DNA of 64,000 nucleotides from Oopsacas minuta. Lineage: Eukaryota; Animalia; Porifera. Positions 30,930-44,800 of the stretch are shown here, piece after piece. The position numbers were made by a program, and so were the translations under genes. The DNA lies in NCBI GenBank assembly GCA_024704765.1, contig JAKMXF010000266.1, forward strand, positions 310,001 to 374,000, written 5' to 3'. The notes beneath the pieces are model-generated. The model was not told the DNA's origin. It ran no database searches and saw only the letters and a program-made list of their open reading frames with translations. Position 1 is the first letter of the stretch, and every line of letters begins with the position of its first letter.

Positions 30930-33900
30930 ATGACATCTCAACTCCTTCCTTTCACCAATCTCCTTAACGCTATTTCAAATCTTGAGAAGTGTTTGAACTG
31001 TAGTTTTTGCAGTCGTGCATACAGTGACCCGTATACACTCACAACATGTGGACACACATTTTGTAAACCCTGTATTACTATTTTCGTATCTTCTCATCAA
31101 GCAAATTGTCCTCTTTGTAACATCCCAAACTGGCTTAACCAGTCTCAACCTAATAGACAGCTTAAAGCTTTGCTACAACATTACTGGAAGCTCCGTGAAC
31201 TTTTAGGTTTATCAGGCCCAGTCAGTTCTGTCCCTAACTATAAGAAACCACAAATTGAAAAGAATAGACGTAGAGGCAAGAAAAGAGAAAAAATAATTGC
31301 TCCAACAGACGAGACAAACAAAGAAATAGATTTGAACGATATTGATGACAATTATCCAGTTGATTTTTCTATAATAGAAATTTGCAATGAATTTATTAAC
31401 ACTCATCGCAAAGAGGATATATCGATACAAACAGCTGATACAGATAATTCTGAATCTTTGGTCCAAGATGAGAAATCTAATCACAAGCCTGAGTTAGAAA
31501 CCCGTTCACTTTCAGACAAATCTTCTCACCAACAAGATACGAATATTAACGACAAAGATATTTATAACGTTCTTGAAACAAAAACAAATAATATAGAAAA
31601 CACTGATGATATACTTATAACTAATACGAAACCCGACATTACAGCTGACTCAAACTTACCTACTACGCTACAACCAGATTATGACGTCATACTAAATAAT
31701 ACATTATCACAAGAAATTGATATAAATACACTCACATTAACCCAAACAAATTCTAAGGAAAAATCAAATTCCCCTCCTAGCCAATCTTGTGAACAAAAAC
31801 GCGAAAATTCTCACTTGACTCAATCTCCATTTTTGGAAAATTATTGTTCTAGTCCTAACTTGAAAAATCATACACCAAAACTATTCAGTCAAAGCATGTT
31901 TCTATCTTCACCAAAAGTGGAGATTATTAAGCCTTGTGCTAGCCAATATAATCCCAATACACAAACACAAAATACAGATTCAGAGAAACAAGAATATCAA
32001 ATTAGCACTTCACCAATTCTTTCAGAGAAATCCGATGCATCTCGTATTATTCCTGATTCGAATAAACTTACCATCAATGAATCCAGTCAACAGAATACTC
32101 TCAAAGCAGCATCTCTAGATACTCCTGACCGTGGTCATTCGTCTTTTACCTCACACATTCAAGATTATTCTATATCTCAACCTTTAATTATTCAGCAAAC
32201 TAATTTAGATTCAACACATTTTTCTGATTTATTTAGTTCACAAGATCAAGAAACTCCCCGGTCTCAAACTCCGGTTATTAAGCCTATTGTTATCCAATTT
32301 TATTCCAATACACAAGCGCATAATACAGTCAACCTAACAAATACACAGAAACAAGAATATCCTATTGATGCTTCAATTATTCCAAAGAAATTCGATGCAT
32401 TTTGTACTATTCCTGATTCAAATAAACTTACCATCGACGAATACAGTCAACAGAATATTGACAACACTACCATAGCAATACCACCAGATGGTATGAAATC
32501 TCAGGAATTACTAGTTAACTCTCCATCAGATACTCCTGACCGTGCCCACTCGTCTCTTCTCCCACAAATTCAAAATAATTCTATATCTCAATCTTCAATT
32601 ATTGATCAAACTAATATAGCTTTAAATTCAACACATTTTTCTGATTTATTTAGTTCACAATATCCTTCCAGATCTCAATCTCCAGTTATTGAGCCGGTTG
32701 AAGAAATTCGAAAAGTTCCTTATTCTCCAGCACATACCTTGATTCGATCGTGTAGTCAACAGAAAAATGATTATGTTATGATAAATCAATCCCCAATAAT
32801 TGGACAAACTAATGCAATTCATAGCCATCCCAACTCTCCAATACATACTCCTACAAAAATATGTAGTCTAGAAGAGCAAGAAATTCACATAACCGATCAA
32901 TCTTCAATTATTAGCCAATGTGAACGCACTTCTCCCATTCACAACTCTCTAATACACAGCCTTACACAATCTCCAGTTATTAAAGAAAATATTTCACAAA
33001 CACATGCAGCTATTCCTAATATTGAAGTTCATCAATCAAATAGTGAAATCGTTGATTCATCAATTTTGATTGACGACAACTCTATACCTGAACCTGTAGA
33101 GGCAACTACCAAACCTACTTATGATCTGCAAACGAATATTCACACAATTATTGTATCAGATGACTCGTCAGATAAATCATGCCCAGAGGTTACCAAACAT
33201 ATCTATAAACCAAGACAATTACACCCTAACAAATTGAATGTAGTTCCTATTTCTTCAAGTTATCCTTTCACATCTCTTGACCATTCAGCACATAATACGT
33301 CATTCCCGGGGTTGAATTTCCCTACAAAGAGTACCTCTATCTTCCCTTCTCAACATTCACAACCATCAAATAGATTTCAATATAACTTATTGGATAGAGA
33401 TACCCCAACTATATCACATAGCACAAAATATTTCCAGACCTATCACAATTCTAATGCAAGCCGCATTAAGCATTTCCCTAAAACCAAAATGGCGAATGAG
33501 TTATCTGAAGATGGTGATGTTCCCTCAAATCTTGAGCGAAACGAGCAACAATTACCAAATGATAAATTTCCCAGATCTGCCATACGCCGAAGACTTGATG
33601 TAAGGAAATTAAGTACTGACTTGAAAACGCCAATCTATGAGAATAATTGGTTTACCGATCGATACCAGTCTCTATTCACATCTCCAAGCATACACCCAAT
33701 CCCTCAAGAAAATCTATCTCTTCCAATTGTATTCCCAACAGTTAATCAATCATTATTCGCTGATAATAATAATCATGATAGAATGACTGAAATTCCAACA
33801 AAGCTGTTTACCAATTCAGAAAATATTTTCTCTCCTAATACGGATGCTAAAAGTCAACAATTAGGATATGATGACGTAGAAGTTTTGCTTACCCCACACT

Positions 33901-35576
33901 CTATCCCTAAATTTGAAACTCATGTCATGTTACCTATCTTTGATCAGGATTGCTCCCCACCAACTAAATATACTGAGAGTTTATCAGATGAAGAAGATAA
34001 AGAAGAATCCAATCACTTTAAAATTTGTCATTCACAATCTCCTAAAATCGTTTTTCCATCTAGTTCCCATCCAGATACACCTGTAGTTATTTCACCCACA
34101 AAACCTCCTATACTCGAGCAGGACTTGTCTTTGACAAATGTTAGTGAGAAATTAATACCTGTTAATGGAGATACAGAAGAATGCAATCACTATAATATAA
34201 GTCATCCAGAATCACCTAGAATTGTATCTCCATCTAGTTCTCATTCAAATGCAGTTATTTCACCCACGAAACATGATATAACTGAAGAGGAATTGCCTTT
34301 GCTAAATGCAGAAAAATCTAATCACATTAATTTTTGTAATTCACAATCACCTAATATCGTTTCTCCATCTCGTTCTCATTCAAATTTATCTCTAGTTATT
34401 TCACCAATGAAACATCCAATAGTCGAAGAGAATCTATCCTTACCAATTCCTCTTATTCCTGATGCAAAACTATCTGATAATAGAGAAATAGAAGGAGGAG
34501 TTAATGATTTAAAAATGCTTCCAACTAACTACATCACTAATTCACAATCTAATCAATTACCTACATCATCAATTCTATCGACAGTTCATAACGGAATTAA
34601 TTTGAATGTTGATAAAAATCTGCAAGACATATTGATTTCTCCACGTAAGGACGCTATTTCTGAATTATCCGCCCATTCTAACACTTCAGCAGTGATATCA
34701 CAAGACAAACAATCCAACATCATTGATGACACTGTATCATTGCCATCCACTCCTCCAAGCAATGATAACCAACAAGATATGCATGATTTTCCTATAAAAT
34801 ATACTAATTCTAATCTAATCCCAATATCACCGGAAAAAGATGCACCATCCTTACAGTTAGATCATAATAGCGAACAATTGACTACACTTAATTCGAAGTC
34901 GTCACCAACGAGAATTGAGATTGCCTCACCACTTCCAAATAATAGCGATGAAGTTCCTGAATTTCTAAGCCAGGTTTCCCCTTCACGGATACACACACCC
35001 AAACATACAAATGAAAATATATACCTACAAATAACCCCTCTCTTACATTCACAATTCAGTCAAATGAACGATGTGTTATCTCTAGCTAGAGAGTTAGATA
35101 ACAAATTTTCCAAAAATTACGCTATTGACTCTGATACAGATTCTGTATTCAGTTTGACTCATAACAGTCCTAAACCAAATAGTACGAATTCACCATATTT
35201 AAGCCTTACTCCCAAAAATCATACCGTCCACACATCTTCGCCTACAGGTAAGGAAATGGCGCAAGGGAATGACCGCTTTAATTCACCGCTAGGAATCAGT
35301 ATTTTCGATTATGCAGATATGAGTATCGACGAAAGTATAAATACAATTCAACATTACTCACCGTCAATTAGTTCTCCACCCACTCTAAATCCTGTCAAAC
35401 GTCGTTCAACCGCTTTCCAATGCAAAAAACTTAAATTAGCAAATACTTTTATGGAGCAAAAGAATTCGCGAGTTTTATCCCCAAAGAAGAGTAACGTAAT
35501 TTCTAACTTTTCCAACAAACCTTCCAAACATAGAGGAAAATCAAGATACAAACATCGAGGACTTCAAGCCAATTAG
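30930..35576 (+). CDS. BARD1: BARD1-type RING protein followed by about 1450 aa of S/P/T/N/Q-rich low-complexity sequence; no ankyrin or BRCT domain seen in this ORF
   Basis: LEKCLNCSFC..CGHTFCKPC..CPLCNIPNWLNQSQPNRQLKALL..KLRELL matches the BARD1-specific RING and flanking helices (CPVCYTPAWIQDLKINRQL..KLRNLL). Confidence 0.65.
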   Translation: MTSQLLPFTNLLNAISNLEKCLNCSFCSRAYSDPYTLTTCGHTFCKPCITIFVSSHQANCPLCNIPNWLNQSQPNRQLKALLQHYWKLRELLGLSGPVSSVPNYKKPQIEKNRRRGKKREKIIAPTDETNKEIDLNDIDDNYPVDFSIIEICNEFINTHRKEDISIQTADTDNSESLVQDEKSNHKPELETRSLSDKSSHQQDTNINDKDIYNVLETKTNNIENTDDILITNTKPDITADSNLPTTLQPDYDVILNNTLSQEIDINTLTLTQTNSKEKSNSPPSQSCEQKRENSHLTQSPFLENYCSSPNLKNHTPKLFSQSMFLSSPKVEIIKPCASQYNPNTQTQNTDSEKQEYQISTSPILSEKSDASRIIPDSNKLTINESSQQNTLKAASLDTPDRGHSSFTSHIQDYSISQPLIIQQTNLDSTHFSDLFSSQDQETPRSQTPVIKPIVIQFYSNTQAHNTVNLTNTQKQEYPIDASIIPKKFDAFCTIPDSNKLTIDEYSQQNIDNTTIAIPPDGMKSQELLVNSPSDTPDRAHSSLLPQIQNNSISQSSIIDQTNIALNSTHFSDLFSSQYPSRSQSPVIEPVEEIRKVPYSPAHTLIRSCSQQKNDYVMINQSPIIGQTNAIHSHPNSPIHTPTKICSLEEQEIHITDQSSIISQCERTSPIHNSLIHSLTQSPVIKENISQTHAAIPNIEVHQSNSEIVDSSILIDDNSIPEPVEATTKPTYDLQTNIHTIIVSDDSSDKSCPEVTKHIYKPRQLHPNKLNVVPISSSYPFTSLDHSAHNTSFPGLNFPTKSTSIFPSQHSQPSNRFQYNLLDRDTPTISHSTKYFQTYHNSNASRIKHFPKTKMANELSEDGDVPSNLERNEQQLPNDKFPRSAIRRRLDVRKLSTDLKTPIYENNWFTDRYQSLFTSPSIHPIPQENLSLPIVFPTVNQSLFADNNNHDRMTEIPTKLFTNSENIFSPNTDAKSQQLGYDDVEVLLTPHSIPKFETHVMLPIFDQDCSPPTKYTESLSDEEDKEESNHFKICHSQSPKIVFPSSSHPDTPVVISPTKPPILEQDLSLTNVSEKLIPVNGDTEECNHYNISHPESPRIVSPSSSHSNAVISPTKHDITEEELPLLNAEKSNHINFCNSQSPNIVSPSRSHSNLSLVISPMKHPIVEENLSLPIPLIPDAKLSDNREIEGGVNDLKMLPTNYITNSQSNQLPTSSILSTVHNGINLNVDKNLQDILISPRKDAISELSAHSNTSAVISQDKQSNIIDDTVSLPSTPPSNDNQQDMHDFPIKYTNSNLIPISPEKDAPSLQLDHNSEQLTTLNSKSSPTRIEIASPLPNNSDEVPEFLSQVSPSRIHTPKHTNENIYLQITPLLHSQFSQMNDVLSLARELDNKFSKNYAIDSDTDSVFSLTHNSPKPNSTNSPYLSLTPKNHTVHTSSPTGKEMAQGNDRFNSPLGISIFDYADMSIDESINTIQHYSPSISSPPTLNPVKRRSTAFQCKKLKLANTFMEQKNSRVLSPKKSNVISNFSNKPSKHRGKSRYKHRGLQAN

Positions 35577-35867
35577 ATGGTGGTAACTTTTAGATGAATA
35601 TTATGATTTGAATGCATATTAATCGAATCAGAATTAATATCGCTTTATTATAATTTGAGACTTTGTTATTTTTTGAGTGAGGCTATTGACACCGACCGAG
35701 CGGTGCCAATTGCCTGTTTGTTTCTTCTAGAGCTAGACAACGTACAGTCGAAACCGGTTTTTTCTTTCATTTTCCTTCAAAAAATACAAAGCGGTTTAAA
35801 CTGTATTTACTACCTAATCTGTTATTTTGAGTATTTTCGTTGTTTTACAATTAGAGAGGGATTACTG

Positions 35868-38800
35868 ATGAGTTTTATCAAGAACATGATACGCACTAGG
35901 CGTACGACTCATGCCCCAGACCCTGGCTACTCTTCGTCTTCACAGGATGATATAGGACTACAGCACTTACGCAAGATCTATAGAGAATACTCCGCTCTAT
36001 TAGACGAGACCGAGAAAGAAACTTGTCTCAAAAAGTTATGCCCTCTCTTTGTCCGAGTATTTTCAATAAGTTCACCCATTACTTCCATTCAAAGCACTAT
36101 ACAAGATAAACTCGGAGATGTGAGTGTGTTTGCTAAGCATGTAGCACAATATCTCACACAACAAGTAAGTTTTCTTAATAATCACCATTTTGAAATTACA
36201 AAATATTTCGCGATTTTAGGTTAAATTCAGGCTAGGAGCTGAAGGCTGGATTGCACTTGAATCTGCAGAAACATATTCTAAGACCTTAGGTGGTGGCAAA
36301 CCTCTCTCTCCTTCATGGGATAAAGACTGTTCTTCTCTAGCAGATTATCTTGCAACGAAGGAGGGTATTAATATTCTAGAAACAATTCATATTCTGATAT
36401 CTTCGAATTTTCATAATTTGGAAGTAATGTCTTCAATATATTTATGTACTACTCTGCTTAGAATAGCAGATACATTTTATTCACTCCCTCCTATTCTAAT
36501 TGAGAATGACCCTGAACCTGAGAACGATACGGAAACAAACGGTGCTTGTGTTGATTCTTTGGACTCATTACCAATTCCAAAGATAGATACTCAAGGAAGG
36601 AGAGATCGACTTGCACAATCACTGAAGGAAATATTCATGATTGTATTCTCGAATCAAATTGCCCTTAAAGAGCTTATAACTCAGGACCAGCTAAGTCGAT
36701 TATTCGGCAGTGTAACTACATTGTGTCCTGCGTATAACATCTGCTGGTTAAAGTTAACTAAACAGGCTCTAACATGTCTCTCTTCACACTGTATGGACAG
36801 TGAGATGATACAGTATATCCACAATAAACATTTAATAGCATTGTATCTACACAATCTTAAGCATCCAGATATGAACCCTTCTAAGACAGTTGAAATGTTT
36901 ATGACATTATTCAATCTACTTCGTGATTCAAGCAGAATCAGTGGTACTGTGTTGGAGGATTTTCGATGTGCACAAGGCTACAAATTCCTCTCCGATTTCA
37001 TACTTGGTTTAGAGGAAATAGCAACCAATGAACCTATGCCCCTTGAAGCTATTAGAGATATGACTTTCCTCATTTCCTCTCTCACGTATTGTGGTTTCAC
37101 TGTGATGCTTCCAGATCCCAAACAGGATGATGATCCTTGGCAAGACAGTGAATTTACAATTCCTCTTCCTAGTAAATCGGGTCTAGCTGTTAGGAATAGA
37201 ACTGCATTCTCAACACTCGGCTATATATACCTAAATTGTAAATCTGAACTGCTAAGCTTGCTACTGCTTGACACCATACATGGCATTTATCGTACAGATA
37301 ACTCAAACTATTTTATTATGAGGGAAGAAAGGACTTTATGTTCATTTCTTGAGATTTGTGAACAAAAATCTGATTTGGTTCAGAACAAATTATTCAGTAT
37401 AATTGAATTTCTCGTTACCAATCTACACTATGTCCCTAATTCTGAGTTATTCAGTATATGCCTCCTACTTAACAGTAGTAATATGGGAATACTCAACCAT
37501 TGTCTGGAATTACTTATAAAATTATCTACCTACCAACATCGAATGCAAGATGTTTACAGATTTATCGGTATAATAGCCGCATTCGTGGACTCACTTAAGC
37601 AACATGTCAGTCAATTGACACGTGAGTTTAAGTTAATCGACACTGACCATATGCTACTGCCTATGAGAGAAGAAGTAGTTACTTCAGATGAAGATCAGTG
37701 CATGTTTTTGTTATTCGAGGCAATACGTGTTTCAATTGAGAACAATAATGATAATGGCGTAGAATTCCGTTTAAAAGGAGGTTCAAGAGCTCTGGTCGAT
37801 ATGTTATCCTTCCCGTCAACAAGACGACAAGCTCTTAAAATCCTTCAAGTCCTTATCTTGCTTGAAGGAGGTCAAGATGAATTAGTAGGTCTACTTACGA
37901 TTCTTTGTATGGCCACGCCCCAGGCTGTCTTCCTTAAAACTGATATCCTACACTCTCTTATACGTTTATTTTCGCTACAAACTACTGTAAAGGAAATTTT
38001 TAGAGAAATAGGCGGTTTCCTGCATGTTATGAGTGTTCTTACTCTGTTGGATGGCAGTCTTGCGATACCAAGACCCAGCCAGTGGCTAAACACAGATAAG
38101 AAAGATATATTGAATTTGATTCGCGTCATATTTCTCACTTTCTCCATAGCAATAACAGATGAACCGGCTAATAAACATACATTCATGACGCAAATAGGTT
38201 TTTTCTCTCTGGCAGATACTCTCTCACTCCTTGGTTGCTTTTCTATAAACACAGATACACTTCAAAAGTTGAAGATTGATATACGTGCTTCATTGGCAGA
38301 ATTATCAGAGGAATTTGATCCACCACATAGCAAATCTTTTAACTCATATGATGCATTCACATCAGAATTCACTATACTCCTTCCACCCAAACGCTCTCTA
38401 CGACCTGATTCGAGTATTCTTGCTTGTGCGGAATGCTTCCAGTATCTTAGAGACTTTGCCCTTGACATATTAGATTCGAAAACAGAATCACTTCTCTTAT
38501 GTGATAATGCTAGGAGATTTGAGGGTCTCATGAGTATGAGTGACAGGATAATCACTTATCCAGGTGCTCTCATTGCTCTCATAAAACTGCTACCATGTAT
38601 TCCAATGAAGAGTAACATAACCTCAGATCAATCCAATCTCTTACCTAGTTATTTAGTGTGTAAGGAACTTCCTGTGAACACACTTGATGATCTTTCATTT
38701 GAAGATCATTGGGCACTATTTCTACAATCGTCAGCTATTCAGGAAATCTACTGCCTTATGAATTCAGAGACGAACCAGCAGATAATGTGTGATGAAGGAT

Positions 38801-41800
38801 TGGCAGGGGTTCTGCTTCGAAGTTGTGGTCCTGCCATGGCAGACGAGATGCATCCCCTTCACGCACCGACCTTACGTAGTTTTGAGAAAATCGCAGGGCA
38901 TCAGTTAAGCATTATCGATTTGAGGGACTTTTTGAGGTTGGGGAATCCATTACGTTGTAAGGCACATGAAGTTTTCGCTGGAGTCCCGAATGATAGAAAA
39001 CAACTTTTCAGAGACCAATTTAGATCTCTACAAGATGATGAGCTACTTGATTCCCCTGGCATTGATCCTTCTGACATACCATCTTCTCTCGCTCAGATTG
39101 ATCCACAAGCAACTCACCAAGGTGGATCTATTCCGCTAAATCGCATGCAATCACTGGTATCTATATCAACACCACGTGATGCTGGCTTTAAGAAACTTGA
39201 CTGTTCAATCCCATTCATTGAGTTAGATTTGAGTTATGATGGTTTTGCTGGAATTTATATTCCATCGATATTTCCACAAAATGTATCTTCTAACCAACCC
39301 AGTGCAAATCTTCAACAATCTCACATGTTGGTTGGAGGTTCTGGTATAAGTGAGAGGGTATTTCCAAGCTTGAATGGAATAACCTTAAGCTGTTGGTTAC
39401 AAATTATCAATCCTCAGGATGTGATAAAACTGTTCACTCTCATCAGAACATTTGTGGCCCATGACAAAACACAAGATATGATCTGTTTTCAAGTAGAGTA
39501 TGACTGTAGAGCAAAATCACTATTTGCCTCCACGAAAGAAATACTAATTGATCGAAATCAAACAATAAAGCGGCAGATAAGGAAAGCACAAACGAAAGGA
39601 TATGAAGCTTATTTCCCATTAGATAACATAATAGAGCCTGGTAATTGGTATCACATAGCAATTACTCTATGTAGAACAAAGTCTGGCGTCAGACAAGCAA
39701 ACTTATCTCTTTTTGTGGACGGTAAATGCATTCAAACACATAAAATTCAATATTTCCTACAAGTAGTCCCTCTCTCATTTACTACAGGTTCTCCATCCAA
39801 TATATACCAGAGTAATATCAGTGGCTACTTCGGTACTTATTTCCTAGAGAGATACACTTCAAAGCTAATTTTCCGGATAGGAAGTGTGTACTTATTCGAC
39901 GAAACTCTCTCGCCAGAACAAATTGCGAAACTTTACAATATCAATCAACCATATTGCGGGAACTTCCAGAGCGTGGTACCTAAAGATTACGACCAGAAGA
40001 AACTGAATAATCCATTTGATACTAATCATATACATTCGAATGCTGATCGTATTTACGATCCAATTATTCAGGAAGATAAAATAGTATTCGGCTTCCATCC
40101 TACTGTCTACAAAGAATATACAATGATTAGTTTGCAGCAGATATTCACCAAATCAGATGTAAAACAAATATCATTTGAGTTAGGACTGAAAGAATTAGAT
40201 AATTGTACTCCAGTCTGTATTCTTCCAAATATTAGCCAACACCTTAACGGGACCGCACGATCTGTTGCAGGCGTTTTGATCGGTTATAAGGGTGTGCGGA
40301 TATTCCACCCGCGTCCAATTTCCTCACTACTCCCTAGCCTCGGTGGAACATCCGTTCTCTTAGGGTTGATTGCGATGGCTGATACTACTGAGTTGCTATA
40401 TGCTTCCGTAAAAATCATGATGTATACTTTGACACGAAATAGAGATTTGGAAAGGGAGATGGATCATTCAGGTGGTTATCAGATATTGGGGATGTTGTAC
40501 AAATCCAAAGTTCATCTCTTGACTAACCACATTCTACACATGACGTATAGTCTTGTTGGATCGATAGAGACTGAACAAGGTCCTCTCACACAAATAAGTC
40601 TCACTGCCTTCCAAGAATTACTTGGAAATATCCATATATGGTCAAAATGCTCTGAAGATGTGCAGAAATCTTTATTTCTACACTTACATGAAGTGATTAG
40701 TAATGATTTACCAGAGGTTGAGCGCATCTTAAACAAAATGCGTAGTATTAAACTGATATTCTCCCTCTTACAAAGACTGTTATGTCAAGCTCTCTCTGCT
40801 CCTACCATTAAATCGATCCTCCAGCTATTGTACTTGATACTAAAGACGAAACCCACAACAGAAGATGTTAAGACATTCGGTTTATTTGTATCTAGCCTTC
40901 TAACAGTCAAGGAAGCGAATGCAGATGAAAATGACGAAGTTCCCAATCTTGATGAGATAGAAACTGGCAGAGAATTAAGCGATAGTTTTTCTGCGTATAA
41001 TCCACAATATGTGAAACATTTCATGTTACCAGATGAGTGTTCTTCTCATAGAGAAAGTCCTAGCTGGTCTACCAAAGGCCTAAGCCTAATCAGACGCATA
41101 CGAATTCGTGATTTATTGCTCGATCTATTCTCCTCGTTACTACATCAACATGATGAAAAGGCCAACACCAAATTTAGTGAAATAATTTATAAGAGTTTAG
41201 GGTTCAACTGGGTTTTTTTATTTTTCCAAAAATACATACATAGTACTACTGTACTACGAGGTTTAAAACTGCTCCAATTGCTGTTATTGAATAAAACACT
41301 TTATCAGAAATTTATCCAAGGCCACCACGGCGGCGAACTATTAAAAGATGCTACGATTGTACCCATTTCAAGTACATTTGAGATTATAGATATTAAATCA
41401 TCTCCCTCCCCCTTAACCCCCAAGGCTTCGAACTCCACATGGTTTACTGAATCACATTCAGTCGCTATGCCAGGTTTTGATATCCTTCAAATGACCTTGA
41501 TAGATTTCATTGACTTTCATCCAATTTATATTGTACTATTATCTCTTTTGCTTAACAGAAATGGGAGTCATTTCACTTCTCTGACAGAGCTCAATTCACA
41601 AAATCTTGATTTGATATTTAGTGTTGAGTGTGCCCAGGACGTTGACAAGATTAACAAGGAGGCAGCATTTGTATTACTCTCTCTGTGCCGCGTTTTATTG
41701 AACTTTGATTCTCAATTTAATCGGCGGAATCAATGTGCACACACCATAATCAAGTTCCTACAAAACCTTTATAACCGTGTGCCTAAGTTTGCTGTATTTT

Positions 41801-44800
41801 GTTGTGAACAACAATTTCTACAATATCTAGTCGCTCTCCTTTTTCCAATTAAATTACCGAAAAACTCTGTGATTCCCTCAGATAAATCAAAACGTGTGAT
41901 AACTACATTGGTTAGCCCACCAGAACAACCTACGAAACAACATCTCGTGGAGGATCAATTCATCTTAGTAACTTCACAAGAATGCGCATCACCACCATTA
42001 TACACAGAAATGAATCCAAACCAAAATCTACTCACTTCTAATCCCAGCTTACTGCCAATTCTTAAATTCTTAGAGATGATTATCTATGATAGTTATAAAG
42101 AACCAATACTAAAATCTTCGGGTAGTACAATCCTTGATTTCGTACTTGAAGGCACACCCCAAACAGCTTCAAATCTACAGATAATCCAATTCCAAGCTAG
42201 TGTTCTCACACGACTTATGGATTTTATTATAATGTCAGAGACTATTATCCAAAGCCCCACCAATCAAGCTTCGCATATTGTTTTTGATAACAGAGTTGAA
42301 AACATTGGCTATTTAGCTAATAAATTGGCTGACAAACTATGGCATAAACAGTTCTCCATACCGCCAGACCAGATATACAATTTCCTAGTTCAGATTATTG
42401 AGCAATCTAAAGGGAATGTAAAGTTTGTTAATACATCTCAAATTTACCTAGCATTAGATCGTGTTATCTTGTTCCAACTTTCTCGACCCATGTTTGATGA
42501 TACTGATAGGCGGAAAATGCTTGAAAGTCTCTGTCTATTAAACAGTCAAACAGATATTGTTTTATCTGGTGAAAATAATACTGGTGAGTTCTATCTATGT
42601 CTCATACACTGTCTGTTTGAATTGGTTAAATCTAAAGATTACGAAGAATCACAATCTCCTGAACTATTCAAAACCTCCACTGTTATTGTCTCAGACAGTC
42701 AATCTTTATTGCAAGTCAAAGAAGCTACTGAACGTATTTGGAGTAAATTGCTAGAGATTAAACATGTTCTCCTTGAAGAAATATTTAACTGTACTCTTCC
42801 TACAATCAACAGGTATTCCCTACAAGCTTATTCAAACCAAATACATGTACCTTCACCTCAGAAAGCTAAACTTTTAGATTTCCACGAGCTGCTAGTCGTT
42901 GGCGCAAGGATTGCATGGGAAGAATATTGTCAGAGAGAGTGCAATAATAAAAAAGAATTCTCTTCAACTAAGAAAGCTACTTCCAAACGTAGAAAAGAAT
43001 TGACTTTCTTTACAAAAAAGCCTGTTCTAATACCAAAACAAGTCAACGAGGAACTATTTATAGAAACTAATAGAATACAAATTCTTGAATGGTCACAGGC
43101 TAAAGTGGCCCAAATCATAGAGTTGCAGCAGTTGTATGAATATAAATTTCAAAAGAACATTGAATACAGACTTGACCATGCACTGTGTATTTGGAAGCCA
43201 ATAAATGAGGAGTTAACTAGGGAACGTGGATTGTGGGGTCCAGAAGACTACAATCCATTCCAAAAATGGACTCAGGATTGTATAGAGGGTCCGAGTCGCC
43301 AAAGAAAGCGACTAAGAGTAAATAAAAACTTCTACCAATCATATGAATTCGTCCCTGAAGATGATAAGAAACAGTTGAAGGTAAGAAGCAGACGGCCTGT
43401 AAGCTATGACTGTATTATCATGTACCATATTGCAAGCTCTCTCGGAACAGAGGTCAACAATCTACTCACACTCAATAATGAAGTACAGACGTTTGTTATT
43501 AACAGAGGAAAAACGTTTTTATCATCTAAATCTCTCTCCTTAGCTAATGGAAATGAGTGGGAACGATCGCAAAATGTCAAACCCCGTTCTACGACATATC
43601 TTAACTTTAGTTTCGCTAGTGAAAGTCGAGATCATAAATCTAAAGCACTAGATCCCGATAATCCACTTCTTCTAACTATCCGAAAAATGTTGGACCCAGC
43701 TGATCTCACTTCGTTTCAATACATGCATCCTTGTGCTCGTCTGTTAGGTCTTGATACAGCTCCTGGCATCCTTTACCTTGGTAGGGCCAACATGTACATT
43801 GTTGATGGTTACGCAATGTCTAGTACCACTGGAGATCTTGTTGATCTTAAGGAAGCTGAACTAGATTCAGTTGTGTTAGTTACTTATGAAGAGAGTACTA
43901 GCTCCTCAATGAGCAGCAGACCCTTTGAGAATATTCAAGTACATTGTACCAAAATCGCTTACGAGGATGTGCGCGAAATTCTCAGGAGAAGATATATGTT
44001 ACGTGAAAACTCAATAGAATTATTCTGTGCTGATGGGAATAGTCATTTTATTGTTGTCCTTCAGAATTCTCTCAGCAAGATTATTGAGAAAATTAAGGAG
44101 CAAGCTAAAACTATGACTGATAAAGGTGAGGAATCCGTCGTAGGCATTACAAAGGAAGATAGTAATGTGAATGAAGGGTTCTCTTTAGGGTTCTTTGCTA
44201 CAAGTAGTGAAAAAAATATTATTAATTTATGGGAGAAGGGTGCAATCTCAAATTTCCAATATTTGATGTATTTGAATACGTTAGCTGGCCGTTCTTATAA
44301 TGACCTTATGCAATACCCGGTGTATCCATGGGTGCTAACTGACTATGAGAGCGAGGAGTTGGATTTGAGTGACCCTAAAGTTTACAGAGATTTTTCAAAG
44401 CCAATGGGTGCCCTCGATCCACATCGTTTAGAGAACTACGTATCTCGTCGGACTGACTACGAGGATCCATCTGGCGATAATATAGAATCGTTTCTATATG
44501 GAACTCCATTTTCTAGTGCTATGATTGTAGCAGCATATATGGTACGATTGGAACCATACTCACAACATTTTCTGAAACTTCAAGGAGGCCATTTTGATTT
44601 AGCTGATCGAATGTTTAACTCGATTAGCGAAGCTTGGGCTAGTGCTTCTTCATATAACATGCCAGATGTGAAGGAATTAATTCCTGAATTTTTCTATCTC
44701 CCTGATTTCCTCATGAATAATAACTACTTCAAATTAGGTCGTAAGCAAAATGGCGTTCCATTGAACGATGTCATACTCCCTCCTTGGGCAAAAGGCGATC

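Noticed and set aside
22737-30932. Similar 5'UTR words before SEC62 and BARD1-like (AAATTAGCAA..AATATTT)
   Set aside because: Very AT-rich and seen only twice; not convincing as a regulatory motif.
35655-36418. ORF-track starts for WDFY3 (35655, 36418) and similar upstream non-ATG starts for BOD1, MAD1, INTU and ASPDH
   Set aside because: Homology and splice signals favour ATGs at 35868, 17559, 21372, 46877 and 59335.
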